Source: Candidatus Spongiisociaceae bacterium | GTDB lineage: Bacteria; Actinomycetota; Acidimicrobiia; Spongiisociales; Spongiisociaceae | Direction of reading: 5' to 3' | NCBI GenBank assembly: GCA_965219685.1 | Contig: CBDCOH010000002.1 | Span: forward strand, 2,464,001-2,528,000 | DNA length: 64,000 bases | Part shown: one piece after another, positions 39,435 through 50,673 of the stretch | Layout: every line of letters starts with the position of its first letter | How positions within the stretch are numbered: position 1 is the first letter of the stretch | Translations under genes and position numbers: made by a program | Notes under the pieces: generated by a model | What the model was told of the DNA's origin: nothing | Seen by the model: only the letters and a program-made list of their open reading frames with translations | Database searches by the model: none

Positions 39435-40124
39435 CTACCGATCGTCGGCGAACTTGTACCCGAGGCCTCTGACGGTGACTATCCACTCCGGCGAGCGTGG
39501 GGTCTGCTCGACCTTCTCCCGTAGCCGTCGGATATGGACGTCGAGGGTCTTGGGATCGCCGAAGAACGGCACCCCCCATATCTCCTCGAGAAGGATCTGG
39601 CGCGGCACCAGCCTCCCCTTGCGCGCCAGCAGGGCCTCGAGGAGTTCGAACTCCTTGGGACGGAAGTCGACCAGTTCACCGCCGATACGGACCTCGTGCC
39701 GGTCCACATCCAGCGAGACGGGCCCGCCTTCGAACACCAGCGAGTCCATACTGCGCGGGACCCGCGACGCCCGGCGGAGGATCCCCCGGATCCGCGAGAT
39801 CAGCTCGCGCATCGAGAAGGGCTTGGTCACGTAGTCGTCGGCGCCCAACTCGAGTCCGGCAACCACGTCGGCCTCGGCGTCCTTGGCCGTGACCACCACC
39901 ACCGGGACGTCCGACGAGGAGCGTATCTGGCGTAGGACATCCAGCCCGCCCACTCCAGGCAGCATCAGGTCCAGGACCACGAGATCGATGGCTCGTCGAT
40001 GGTAGGACTCCACCGCGAGACGGCCGTCGGCCACCACGGTCACCTCGTACCCCTCCCTGGCCAGGTTGTATCGGAGGGACTCGGCGAGCGTCTCCTCGTC
40101 CTCCACTACCAGGATCGAGACCAT
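39435..40124 (-). CDS. regX3: OmpR-family response regulator, RegX3-like
   Basis: LDLMLPG, GADDYVTKPFS, KTLDVHIRRLR and VRGLGYKF motifs; located in the pst cluster. Confidence 0.87.
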   Translation of the reverse strand: MVSILVVEDEETLAESLRYNLAREGYEVTVVADGRLAVESYHRRAIDLVVLDLMLPGVGGLDVLRQIRSSSDVPVVVVTAKDAEADVVAGLELGADDYVTKPFSMRELISRIRGILRRASRVPRSMDSLVFEGGPVSLDVDRHEVRIGGELVDFRPKEFELLEALLARKGRLVPRQILLEEIWGVPFFGDPKTLDVHIRRLREKVEQTPRSPEWIVTVRGLGYKFADDR

Positions 40125-40127
40125 CCG

Positions 40128-40817
40128 CTATCCGTCGCCCCGGGCCAGCACCCAACCCTCCGGGAACTCGCGGAACTCCCCGGTCAGTAGGAAGGCAACC
40201 TGCTCACCGATGTCGACCGCTCGGTCGCCGACCCGCTCGAGAGCTCGCGAGACGAGCATCATCTGCACCGCCCACTCGAGCAGGTCCGAGTCGGGAGCGC
40301 AGGCGGCTACCTCCCTCCACATGTTGTGGTTGAGCCAGTCGGCTGGATCGTCCATCTCGGGCAAGCGCAGCGCCAGATTGAGATCTCGCTTGATCAGGGC
40401 TTCCATGGCGGTCTGGACCATGGGCACCACGATGGACCGCATCTCCCGGATATGGAGCAGGATGGTCTCGTTCCTCGGGCGTCCAGCGGTCAACTCGACG
40501 GTCCGGGCGATGTTGGCCGCCTGGTCGCCCATTCGCTCGATGCTGTGCCCGGCTTGGAGGATCAGGGACATGAGGCGGAGGTCGGAGGCAACCGGGGTCT
40601 GCCGGGCCATGACCACATGCCAGCGTTGTTCCACATCGACGTACAACCGGTCAATCCTCCGGTCGTCAACCACGACTTTGCGGGCGAGTTCGACATTACC
40701 CGTCAAGAGGGCATCCACGGCGTCGACGATCTGGGCTTCGGCCATCTCCGCCATGTCGAGCAACAGGACCTCGAGCTGGTTCAGCTCGGCGTGGAACTGG
40801 CTGCGGACCTCGGTCAT
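40128..40817 (-). CDS. phoU: phosphate signalling protein PhoU
   Basis: [16 protein letters not shown] and LERVGD motifs. Confidence 0.94.
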   Translation of the reverse strand: MTEVRSQFHAELNQLEVLLLDMAEMAEAQIVDAVDALLTGNVELARKVVVDDRRIDRLYVDVEQRWHVVMARQTPVASDLRLMSLILQAGHSIERMGDQAANIARTVELTAGRPRNETILLHIREMRSIVVPMVQTAMEALIKRDLNLALRLPEMDDPADWLNHNMWREVAACAPDSDLLEWAVQMMLVSRALERVGDRAVDIGEQVAFLLTGEFREFPEGWVLARGDG

Positions 40818-41661
40818 CCGAACCGACCCGTGATGTAGTCCTCGGTCTCGACCTTGGCGGGCCTGGTGAAGACGGCACCGGTCGTCCCCGCTTCGACCAC
40901 GTAGCCGGCCCGGTCACTGTCCATGTTGAGAAACACCGTATAGTCGGAGGCTCGAGCAGCCTGTTGCATGTTGTGGGTGACGATGATGATCGTGTAGTTG
41001 ACCTTGAGTTCTTGGACCAACTCCTCGATCCTGAGCGTAGCCACCGGGTCGAGGGCCGAGGTCGGCTCATCCATGAGGATGATCTCGGGCTTGACGGCAA
41101 TCGCCCGCGCTATACAGAGGCGCTGCTGCTGGCCCCCCGAGAGGGAATAGCCACTCTCATCCAGCTTGTCCTTGACCTCGTCCCAGAGGGCGGCTTGGCG
41201 CAGGGACAACTCGACCAACTCATCCAAGTCGTCCTTCCAACCGTTTATCTTGGCGCCCCAGGCCACGTTCTGGTAGATGGTCTTCGGGAAGGGATTCGGC
41301 TTCTGGAAGACCATCCCCACGCGCCGCCGCAACTCCACCGGGTCGACCGACGGATCGTAGACATTCTGCCCGTGGAAGAGGACTTCCCCTTCCACGCGGG
41401 CGGACGGAACCAGGTCGTTCATCCGGTTCAGGGCCCTCAGCAGGGTGCTCTTCCCGCACCCAGACGGTCCGATCAAGGCAGTGATATGGCGGTCCCGGAA
41501 AGGCAGGGTCACGTCCTTGACCGCCCGAAATTTCCCGTAATACGCACTCATGTTCACGGCTTCCATGGCAACGCTGCCAGGTCCGACCGGTGTTTTCGCT
41601 TCCGTTTGAACGGTCAAGTCGGTCATCACCCTTCCAGTCGATCGGGCTTCGTCAATCGTCA

Positions 41662-41662
<1 letters not shown>
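40814..41662 (-). CDS. pstB: phosphate ABC transporter ATP-binding protein
   Basis: [31 protein letters not shown] and DYITGRFG motifs. Confidence 0.96.
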
Positions 41663-43022
<1,360 letters not shown>

Positions 43023-43023
<1 letters not shown>

Positions 43024-43964
43024 TATTCGTACACCTCCCGGAACCGGGCCACGAACCGGCGGCTGAGGACGTTGAGCGCCAGGGTGATGACGAACAGCGC
43101 CAGGCCGATGGCGAAGATGGAGTTGTAGTCGATCGAGGCGTAGCTGAGGTCACCCCCGCTGATCCGCACGATGTGCCCGGTCATGGTCTCGCCGGCTACG
43201 AATGGGTTGAGGATGTACCCGAACAGGCTGTCCTCGCCGAAGTTGAAGTTCTTGGGGCCTGCGCCCGCGGCGATCGCCACGACCATCGTCTCCCCGATCG
43301 CCCTGGAGATCGAGACCACGAAAGCAGCGGTGATTCCCGACAATGCAGCCGGCAGGACCACCCGCAGGGAGGTCTCCAGCTTGGTCGCCCCCACACCGTA
43401 CGATGCCTCCCGCAGAGACAAGGGCACGGCGTGCAGAGCATCCTCGGACATGGAGCTCACCAGCGGGATGATGAGAATCCCCACCACTATCCCTGCCGAA
43501 GCGGTGTTGAAGATCTCGACAACGCTCACGCCGAGAATCGATCGGAGCAGCGGGGTCATGAACGTGAGGGCGAAGTAGCCGTAGACAACCGTGGGGATTC
43601 CTGCCAGGACCTCGAGGACGGGCTTCATAAACCCCCGCACTCGGGATGAGGCGTACTCGCTCAGGTAGATGGCGGTGGCCAAGCCCACGGGTAGGGCGAC
43701 GATCATCGCCGTCACCGAGGTCATCAAGGTCGCCAGGACGAGCGGCCAAATACCGAAGTCGAGGATGGCGGGCTGCCACTCCGTCGAGGAGAGGAACTCG
43801 GCGATCGACGCTTCCTCGGAACGGAAGAAGAGCAACGCCTCCTTGCCCAACTCGAAGACGATGCCCACCGTGGTGAGAATCGACAGGGCAGCCGCCACGA
43901 AGAGCAGGCCGCCTATCAGCGCCTCGCCCGGCCGCCTCCTCTTGCGTAGCGAAACCGGCACCAC
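43023..43964 (-). CDS. pstC: phosphate ABC transporter permease PstC
   Basis: AIYLSEYA, LAGIPTVVYG and SRAIGETM motifs. Confidence 0.95.
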
Positions 43965-44122
43965 CGCGTGATCGCCTGTTGCATGCGTTACGATCTCGTC
44001 ATCTCCTTTCGGACGGGCCTAGGCAGCGGATGCCTCGGCGCATCCAATCGAACTCACTCGACCCTGGCCCCGTTGGCTTCCCTCTCGGGTCGACCACCCA
44101 CAGGACGCACCTGAACCGGGCC

Positions 44123-44153
44123 GAGCGGGCCGGTGTCAGACACCGGCCCGCTC
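44123..44153. terminator. strong intercistronic stem-loop between pstS and pstC
   Basis: Perfect inverted repeat GAGCGGGCCGGTGTC-A-GACACCGGCCCGCTC; no U-tract, so it may be a stabiliser rather than a terminator. Confidence 0.65.
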
Positions 44154-44209
44154 CTACGAGCCCTCGGCGGGGTCTCACCCCGTTCAGTCTTCTCATGGAC
44201 TACCCGACC

Positions 44210-46279
44210 TCAGAGTGCAGCTCCGAGCTCGTCGGCGGCGGCTTGGAGAACCGCGTCGGGGGCGGGGAAGTACCCGACCTCACCGATCTCCTCGTTCACG
44301 AACTGCAACACGAAGCTCAGGAACGCTCCCACCTGGGGCTTCTCCGCGATGATGGAAGCCGTCGAGTACATGAACAACGGACGGGCCAACGGATACGTAT
44401 TCGCATTCACCGAGTCAACCGTCGGCTCAACACCCTCGATGTCCAACACGCTCAACCGGTCACTGTTCTCTGAGTAATACGCATACCCGAAGAAACCAAC
44501 CGCGCAAGTCGTCGACACACTCGACGGGTCACACCCGTCACCGGAAATCCCCTGCACCAACACGTTGTCATCCTCCGACAACTGCGTATTCCCAGCCGCC
44601 AGGATCGGACCCTCATCCTCGTCGAACACCTCCTCCACGAAATAGTCGAACGTGCCCGAATCCGTACCCGGAATGAACCGCTGGATCGCATTAGCCGGGA
44701 ACTCCGCCCGGACATCCTGCCAAGTCGTCGCAGTCGAGAACAACACCGACAACTCCTCAACCGTCAGATCGGTAACGAACGTGTTACCCGGCGACACCGT
44801 CACCGCCAGAGCATCGGTACCCACCCGGAACTCGATCGGATCCCTACCGATCGCCCGACACGACTCGACCTCCGCGTCCTTGATCGGCCTCGAAGCATTC
44901 GAGACATCCGACTCACCTGCCACGCAGAACCGCTCGAAACCGGCACCCGAACCGATCGAATCGATCGTGATCAAACCCGAATAACCCTCGTCCTCGAACC
45001 GGGCCGCCATCGCCTCCGCCAACGGGAACACCGTCGACGAACCAGCAACCGCAACATCACCCGACACCGACAACGGATCGACCACGGGCAGGCCCCAGAG
45101 ACCCTCGTCCGCCATCATCGTCATCGCCTCTCCAGTGATGGCCGCGTGAAGCTCGTTGGCGGCGGCTTGGAGAACCGCGTCGGGGGCGGGGAAGTACCCG
45201 ACCTCACCGATCTCCTCGTTCACGAACTGCAACACGAAGCTCAGGAACGCTCCCACCTGGGGCTTCTCCGCGATGATGGAAGCCGTCGAGTACATGAACA
45301 ACGGACGGGCCAACGGATACGTATTCGCATTCACCGAGTCAACCGTCGGCTCAACACCCTCGATGTCCAACACGCTCAACCGGTCACTGTTCTCCGAGTA
45401 ATACGCATACCCGAAGAAACCAACCGCGCAAGTCGTCGACACACTCGACGGGTCACACCCGTCACCGGAAATCCCCTGCACCAACACGTTGTCATCCTCC
45501 GACAACTGCGTATTCCCAGCCGCCAGGATCGGACCCTCATCCTCGTCGAACACCTCCTCCACGAAATAGTCGAACGTGCCCGAATCCGTACCCGGAATGA
45601 ACCGCTGGATCGCATTAGCCGGGAACTCCGCCCGGACATCCTGCCAAGTCGTCGCAGTCGAGAACAACACCGACAACTCCTCAACCGTCAGATCGGTAAC
45701 GAACGTGTTACCCGGCGACACCGTCACCGCCAGAGCATCGGTACCCACCCGGAACTCGATCGGATCCCTACCGATCGCCCGACACGACTCGACCTCCGCG
45801 TCCTTGATCGGCCTCGAAGCATTCGAGACATCCGACTCACCTGCCACGCAGAACCGCTCGAAACCGGCACCCGAACCGATCGAATCGATCGTGATCAAAC
45901 CCGAATAACCCTCGTCCTCGAACCGGGCCGCCATCGCCTCCGCCAACGGGAACACCGTCGACGAACCAGCAACCGCAACATCACCCGACACCGACAACGG
46001 ATCGACCGGATCCAGGCCGAAGGCACCCGATCCGGACGTGCCCGGTGCCGAGGCCTCGCCGGCGTCCGTCGCCTGCGCCTCGGTGGTGGCCGTACCGCTC
46101 TCCGCCGTCTCGCCGTCATCCATGGCAGCCTCGTCCGTGGCATCGGACGGCGTCTGCGTGGCGGCTGTGGTAGCGATCGTGGTGATGTCAGCTCCGTCGC
46201 CGTCGCCTCCGCAGGCCACGGCAACGAGCGCCAGAGCGAGCAACAGGGGGAACGCGCGCCAACTCATGCGGTGTGTCAT
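44210..46279 (-). CDS. pstS: phosphate-binding lipoprotein PstS with two tandem binding domains
   Basis: Lipobox VAVAC and a Thr/Ala-rich linker, then two copies of AGSSTVFP...GSGAGFERFC...DSGTFDYF...YPLARPLF. Confidence 0.93.
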   Translation of the reverse strand: MTHRMSWRAFPLLLALALVAVACGGDGDGADITTIATTAATQTPSDATDEAAMDDGETAESGTATTEAQATDAGEASAPGTSGSGAFGLDPVDPLSVSGDVAVAGSSTVFPLAEAMAARFEDEGYSGLITIDSIGSGAGFERFCVAGESDVSNASRPIKDAEVESCRAIGRDPIEFRVGTDALAVTVSPGNTFVTDLTVEELSVLFSTATTWQDVRAEFPANAIQRFIPGTDSGTFDYFVEEVFDEDEGPILAAGNTQLSEDDNVLVQGISGDGCDPSSVSTTCAVGFFGYAYYSENSDRLSVLDIEGVEPTVDSVNANTYPLARPLFMYSTASIIAEKPQVGAFLSFVLQFVNEEIGEVGYFPAPDAVLQAAANELHAAITGEAMTMMADEGLWGLPVVDPLSVSGDVAVAGSSTVFPLAEAMAARFEDEGYSGLITIDSIGSGAGFERFCVAGESDVSNASRPIKDAEVESCRAIGRDPIEFRVGTDALAVTVSPGNTFVTDLTVEELSVLFSTATTWQDVRAEFPANAIQRFIPGTDSGTFDYFVEEVFDEDEGPILAAGNTQLSEDDNVLVQGISGDGCDPSSVSTTCAVGFFGYAYYSENSDRLSVLDIEGVEPTVDSVNANTYPLARPLFMYSTASIIAEKPQVGAFLSFVLQFVNEEIGEVGYFPAPDAVLQAAADELGAAL
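44226..46007. repeat. near-perfect direct repeat of ~858 bp (44226-45083 and 45150-46007; period 924)
   Basis: Only two differences were noticed by eye (44233/45157 and 44471/45395). Confidence 0.93.
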
Positions 46280-46347
46280 AGATCCTCTCCTCGTCCAAAG
46301 ATCGCAGCGAAAGTTATGCGGTCGGTGTTACAGAGCGTCCCCCCCAC

Positions 46348-46365
46348 GGTGAACGAGGGGTAAAA
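46348..46365 (-). promoter_or_regulatory. putative PHO box upstream of pstS
   Basis: Minus strand TTTTACC-CCTC-GTTCACC: two units 11 nt apart resembling the actinobacterial GTTCACC direct repeat. Confidence 0.55.
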
Positions 46366-46437
46366 AGTGAGCTATGAGACAGGTAGTGGCCGATCGGGCC
46401 CGGCAGGAAACTCTCGGTTGGTGCGGGAGGTAGGCGA

Positions 46438-48612
46438 TCAGAGATCGGGCAGATCGACCTTGTGGGTGAGAACCGCCAGGTCCGGGCCGGGTGATACGAC
46501 CGTGTAGGGCGCTACGATCCGTACCTGTTCGAACAGACAGATCTGCTCCGCCACGGCCTCGCAGTAGACGATCGAGATGTCCCCGGTCAGAACACCCTGC
46601 CCAGCCGTCAGGTGCACATCGAAGGTTCGTGGGAAACTCGGGTCGAAAACCGAACCGGACGCGTCCGGCGCCACCGTCATGCCCTCACCGTCCACCGACC
46701 ACACGAAGCGGCTCGGAGCATCCGGGTTCACCTTGTATCCGGCGGGTAGTTGCACGTCCAGGCTGATGGTTCCCTGACCCTCCCCCAACATCAGGGGCTC
46801 ATGCTCGACGACGATCCCCGCATAGCTGTCACTGTCCGGGCCGGCCATGAACGCCTCTATCCCCGCCGGCACCAGGGTGGACACCTCTCCCGTGTCGATG
46901 TCCACCACCCTGATCGAGTGGTTGTTGGTGTCCGCCACGAACAGTGTCGACCCCAGCGCGTCGATCCCGCCCGGCTCGTAGAACAGGGGCGCCACCCCGT
47001 CCCGCCATCCCGGCGTGTCGCCCCACAGTGTCGAGACCTCCCCGGTTCCCAGATCGACCGCCTTCAGCTTCGAGTTGTAGGTGTCGGCCACGTAGAGCGT
47101 GTCTCCGACCACCACCACGCCCAGCGGATGCTGCAAACGGGCTTCCGTACCCACTCCGTCCAGATCACCGAAGGAGAACAGATCGGCGTCGCTCCCCGCG
47201 ATCACTCCCACCGTGTGCTCGGGCGACTCCGTGTCCACCCAGCGGATGGCGCTGCTCTCCGAGTCGGCGAAGAACAGGCGTCCGTCGGAGGCCAGCGCCA
47301 GACCACTCGGCTGGGCCAGGGTGGCCTCGTCACCCGGTCCGTTGACCGTGCCCTCCCCACCGCTACCGGCATAGGGACCCACCGATCCCTCATCCGGATC
47401 GAAGAACCAGATCTGATGCGTCCCGGCCATGGCCACATAGAGGAGGCCCGTTCCAGGATCGAGTTCGACATCCCAAGGGGATGCCAGGGGGGTTGTCAGG
47501 GCCGATCCGCGTCGAGGTGGCCAGGCCCGCTCTCCGGTACCGGCCACCGTGGTGACCTCACCGCTGGCCAGATCGACCACGCGCAGAGCGTGGTTTCCGG
47601 TGTCGGCGACGTATAGCAGGCTCCCATCCATCGACAGAGCAGTGCCCTGCGGATCCTTGAATGTGGCTTCGCTCGAAGGCCCGTCGGTGAATCCCTCCAG
47701 ACCGGAGCCGTACACCGCCTCCACCCGGCCTTCGAGATCGGTGCGGACGATGCGGTGGTGGTTGCTGTCGGAGATGTACAACTTCCCGTTCGGGTCCACC
47801 GTCACCTTGCCGGGGAAGGAGAACACGGTCTGGGGCAGGCCCTGCCGCTCGAGCCGCAGAGCCAGAGGGGTCCGGTCGATGGAGCCGGCGAACTCCTCCA
47901 GGAGTTGGTCCAGAACCGGCTTCACCACCTCGTAGACGCCCTCACCGCTGTGATATCCCACCACGCCGCCGGCCGGATCGATCACGTAGGCGGAAGGCCA
48001 GGCACGGACCCGGTACGATCGCCAGATGTCGAAGGCGGCGTCGTTGACCACCGGGTGATGCACGTCGTACCTCAACACCACCCGGCGGATGTTCTCTGTG
48101 GCCGCCTCCTGCTCGAACTTGGCGGAGTGGACGCCGATCACCACCAGTTCGTCGGCGAACTCCTCCTCCAGCCGTTCGAGGTCGGGTATCACGTGAATGC
48201 AGTTGATGCAGCCGTAGGTCCAGAAGTCGAGCAGCACGATCTTGCCCCGCAACGACTCGATCGTCAGCGGGTGTTCCGTGTTCAACCAGTCGAGGCCGGT
48301 CGGGAACTCGGGGGCGGGTTGGCGCCAGCTGACGGGGACGGGCTCGGCGGCGGTCGCTACGGGATCCTCAGAAGCCCCTTCATCAGGAGCCCCCTCATCG
48401 CCCGGCGCCATCTCCTCGTCACGGGATGCGGGCGCCGTGCCAGGCGCCGGAAGCTCGGAGGCAACGGCGACCCCCGACTCGGGTACAGTCGTGGCGGTCG
48501 TTGCACCGGCTTCGACATCGAACACCTCGCCTCCGGGCGATCCGCATGCAGCTACCACGAGCGCCACTGCGAGCAGAAACAGACCCTGCCGTAGTCGTGT
48601 CGGCCGTCGCAT
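46438..48612 (-). CDS. lipoprotein with thioredoxin-like domain and NHL-repeat beta-propeller (NHLRC2/SOQ1-like)
   Basis: Lipobox VVAAC, LDFWTYGCINC, GVHSAKF, repeated YVADT/PxG NHL units, LQHPLG and ADSESS. Confidence 0.88.
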   Translation of the reverse strand: MRRPTRLRQGLFLLAVALVVAACGSPGGEVFDVEAGATTATTVPESGVAVASELPAPGTAPASRDEEMAPGDEGAPDEGASEDPVATAAEPVPVSWRQPAPEFPTGLDWLNTEHPLTIESLRGKIVLLDFWTYGCINCIHVIPDLERLEEEFADELVVIGVHSAKFEQEAATENIRRVVLRYDVHHPVVNDAAFDIWRSYRVRAWPSAYVIDPAGGVVGYHSGEGVYEVVKPVLDQLLEEFAGSIDRTPLALRLERQGLPQTVFSFPGKVTVDPNGKLYISDSNHHRIVRTDLEGRVEAVYGSGLEGFTDGPSSEATFKDPQGTALSMDGSLLYVADTGNHALRVVDLASGEVTTVAGTGERAWPPRRGSALTTPLASPWDVELDPGTGLLYVAMAGTHQIWFFDPDEGSVGPYAGSGGEGTVNGPGDEATLAQPSGLALASDGRLFFADSESSAIRWVDTESPEHTVGVIAGSDADLFSFGDLDGVGTEARLQHPLGVVVVGDTLYVADTYNSKLKAVDLGTGEVSTLWGDTPGWRDGVAPLFYEPGGIDALGSTLFVADTNNHSIRVVDIDTGEVSTLVPAGIEAFMAGPDSDSYAGIVVEHEPLMLGEGQGTISLDVQLPAGYKVNPDAPSRFVWSVDGEGMTVAPDASGSVFDPSFPRTFDVHLTAGQGVLTGDISIVYCEAVAEQICLFEQVRIVAPYTVVSPGPDLAVLTHKVDLPDL

Positions 48613-48689
48613 GAACGGGATTGTGCCACGGTCGGCGAACTTCCTTCCCACGAACCTCGTCGGAGGCGCGCGGCGGCGCGGGGGAACTG

Positions 48690-49319
48690 TCAGCCCTTCT
48701 TGGAAGCTGCGTAGTAGGGGTTCTCGCCGCCCTGGTGGTCGGTGACGTCCACTATCTCGACGATCTCCGGGATGGCCTCGCGCAGGATCCGCTCGATTCC
48801 CTGCCTCAAGGTCATGGCCGCCATGCCGCAACCCTGGCAACCGCCTCCCAACTGGAGGTACACCACACCGTTCTCCTCGCTGACGAGACGGGCCTGGCCG
48901 CCGTGGGCAGCAATGGCCGGGTTGACCTGTTGGTCCAGAACCTGGGCGACCTGTTCGGCCAGCGGGCCTGTAAGATCGCCGTCGGGTACGTCCGGAATCT
49001 GGGGGGACGGGTTGTTCGGGTTGTCGATCGCGAGGCCCGGCGTCATCGGATCGGAAGACATCGCCAACCTGGCCCCGGTCATGTTGTCCGTGTCGACCGA
49101 CGGGATGATGACGGTCAGATCCCCATGGCGTTCAACATGATCGCTGGCCCCGGTCTCGCCGAGCGGCACGAAGGACAGGGAGTAACCGAACTGGGTTCCC
49201 TGCAACCCGGTGATCTCGATCAGCAGGCCATACTCGTCGTCGCCGGGCTCTTGATCGCGGATCTCAACGATGCGTTCGAGGGCTTCCCCGCTGAAACTCA
49301 TCAAGGCTTGGGTATCCAT
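48690..49319 (-). CDS. nfuA: Fe-S biogenesis protein NfuA
   Basis: Degenerate ATC domain plus NifU-C domain (VNPAIAAHGG, GGGCQGC, DVTDH, NPYY). Confidence 0.92.
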   Translation of the reverse strand: MDTQALMSFSGEALERIVEIRDQEPGDDEYGLLIEITGLQGTQFGYSLSFVPLGETGASDHVERHGDLTVIIPSVDTDNMTGARLAMSSDPMTPGLAIDNPNNPSPQIPDVPDGDLTGPLAEQVAQVLDQQVNPAIAAHGGQARLVSEENGVVYLQLGGGCQGCGMAAMTLRQGIERILREAIPEIVEIVDVTDHQGGENPYYAASKKG

Positions 49320-49359
49320 GGCCCATAATCCTAGCTGCGGGGGACAAGGAGCGGAACGC

Positions 49360-50592
49360 TTGGACGATCATCGAGATAAGCGGGAACCACCTGTCGTGGC
49401 TCTGGTCGTGCCTTCGGAGGCATACCGGGCGGACGACTGGATTCAGGCGGCGGGCCGTCTCGGTGTGGAGGCCGCAGTGGCCACAGAAGGTCACCACTCA
49501 CTCGCCGAGGACATGGGTCCCAACATTATTCCCGTCGACTTCGACGACCCCGAGGGTTCGGCTCTGCGCATAGCTTCGTCGAGCCTGCCGATCGGGGCGA
49601 TCCTCGCCATCGACGACCGTGGAGTGAAGATGGCCGCTCGGGCGGCCAGACTCAGGGACTTGCCACACAACCCGGTGGAGACGGCAGACGCGACCAAGGA
49701 CAAAGCGGCGCTCCGGCAAAGGTTGGACGGGGTGGTAAACCAGCCCCGGTTCGTCGTCCTCGAAGCCCGTCAACCAGGCCAGGATGCCCGGTCGTTGGGC
49801 GTACCGGTCGTGGTGAAGCCCGTCGACCTGTCGGGATCGGTCGGCGTAATCCGCGTCGACGACCCGGCTCGACTGCAAGAGACGGTTGAGAGGGTTCGGA
49901 AGATCGCGACCGATCGGGGCGCACATCCCGACTCCCCCGTTCTCGTGGAGCGATATGTTCCGGGGGCCGAAGTGGCCGTGGAGGGAATGGTGACCGACGG
50001 GCGCTGGGATACGCTGGCGGTATTCGACAAACCGGACCCTCTGAAAGGTCCCTACTTCACCGAGACGCATTACGTCACGCCCTCTCGCCTCACGGAGGAG
50101 GTCTTGGTCGAGATAGAAGCTGCCGCAGAGAGGGCAGCCTCATCCCTGGGAATCGTCCGGGGGCCGGCACATGCCGAGTTACGGGTTGGTGATGGAGTGG
50201 TGCTCCTGGAATTCGCCTCCCGCCCAATCGGGGGATTGTGCGGCCGCTCGCTGCGCTTCGGCCTCGCCGATACCCCGCTGGAGGAACTGTTGATCCGAAA
50301 CGCGCTGGGGGTACGGGTCCGGGGGACACGGCTAGCTCCGGGGGCTTCGGGAGTTTCCATGATTCCGGTTCCCGAGCGCGGAGTGTTCGCAGGTATCGAC
50401 GGGGTCGAAGCCGCCCGGAATACAGAGCATGTCACCGGCATAGAGGTGAGCCAAGTAGTGGGTCGTCCGGTCGCTCCTCTCCCGGAGGAATCGACCTACC
50501 TGGGTTTCGTGTTCGCCAGGGCACCCCATCCGGAGCAGGTGGAGACAGCTCTCCGGGCAGCCTGCGAGGCGTTGACGGTGCGGATCGAGTAG
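49360..50592 (+). CDS. ATP-grasp domain protein
   Basis: PVVVKP..LSGSVGV, VERYVPGAEVAVE, HAELR and EFASRPIGG motifs; TTG start after AAGGAG. Confidence 0.85.
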   Translation: MDDHRDKREPPVVALVVPSEAYRADDWIQAAGRLGVEAAVATEGHHSLAEDMGPNIIPVDFDDPEGSALRIASSSLPIGAILAIDDRGVKMAARAARLRDLPHNPVETADATKDKAALRQRLDGVVNQPRFVVLEARQPGQDARSLGVPVVVKPVDLSGSVGVIRVDDPARLQETVERVRKIATDRGAHPDSPVLVERYVPGAEVAVEGMVTDGRWDTLAVFDKPDPLKGPYFTETHYVTPSRLTEEVLVEIEAAAERAASSLGIVRGPAHAELRVGDGVVLLEFASRPIGGLCGRSLRFGLADTPLEELLIRNALGVRVRGTRLAPGASGVSMIPVPERGVFAGIDGVEAARNTEHVTGIEVSQVVGRPVAPLPEESTYLGFVFARAPHPEQVETALRAACEALTVRIE

Positions 50593-50673
50593 TGAATGGT
50601 GGACGGGCAACGGACAACGGACCAACGGACATCAGGTCGGCGCTGACCGGGACACCTGGGTTACAGTCCTGTA

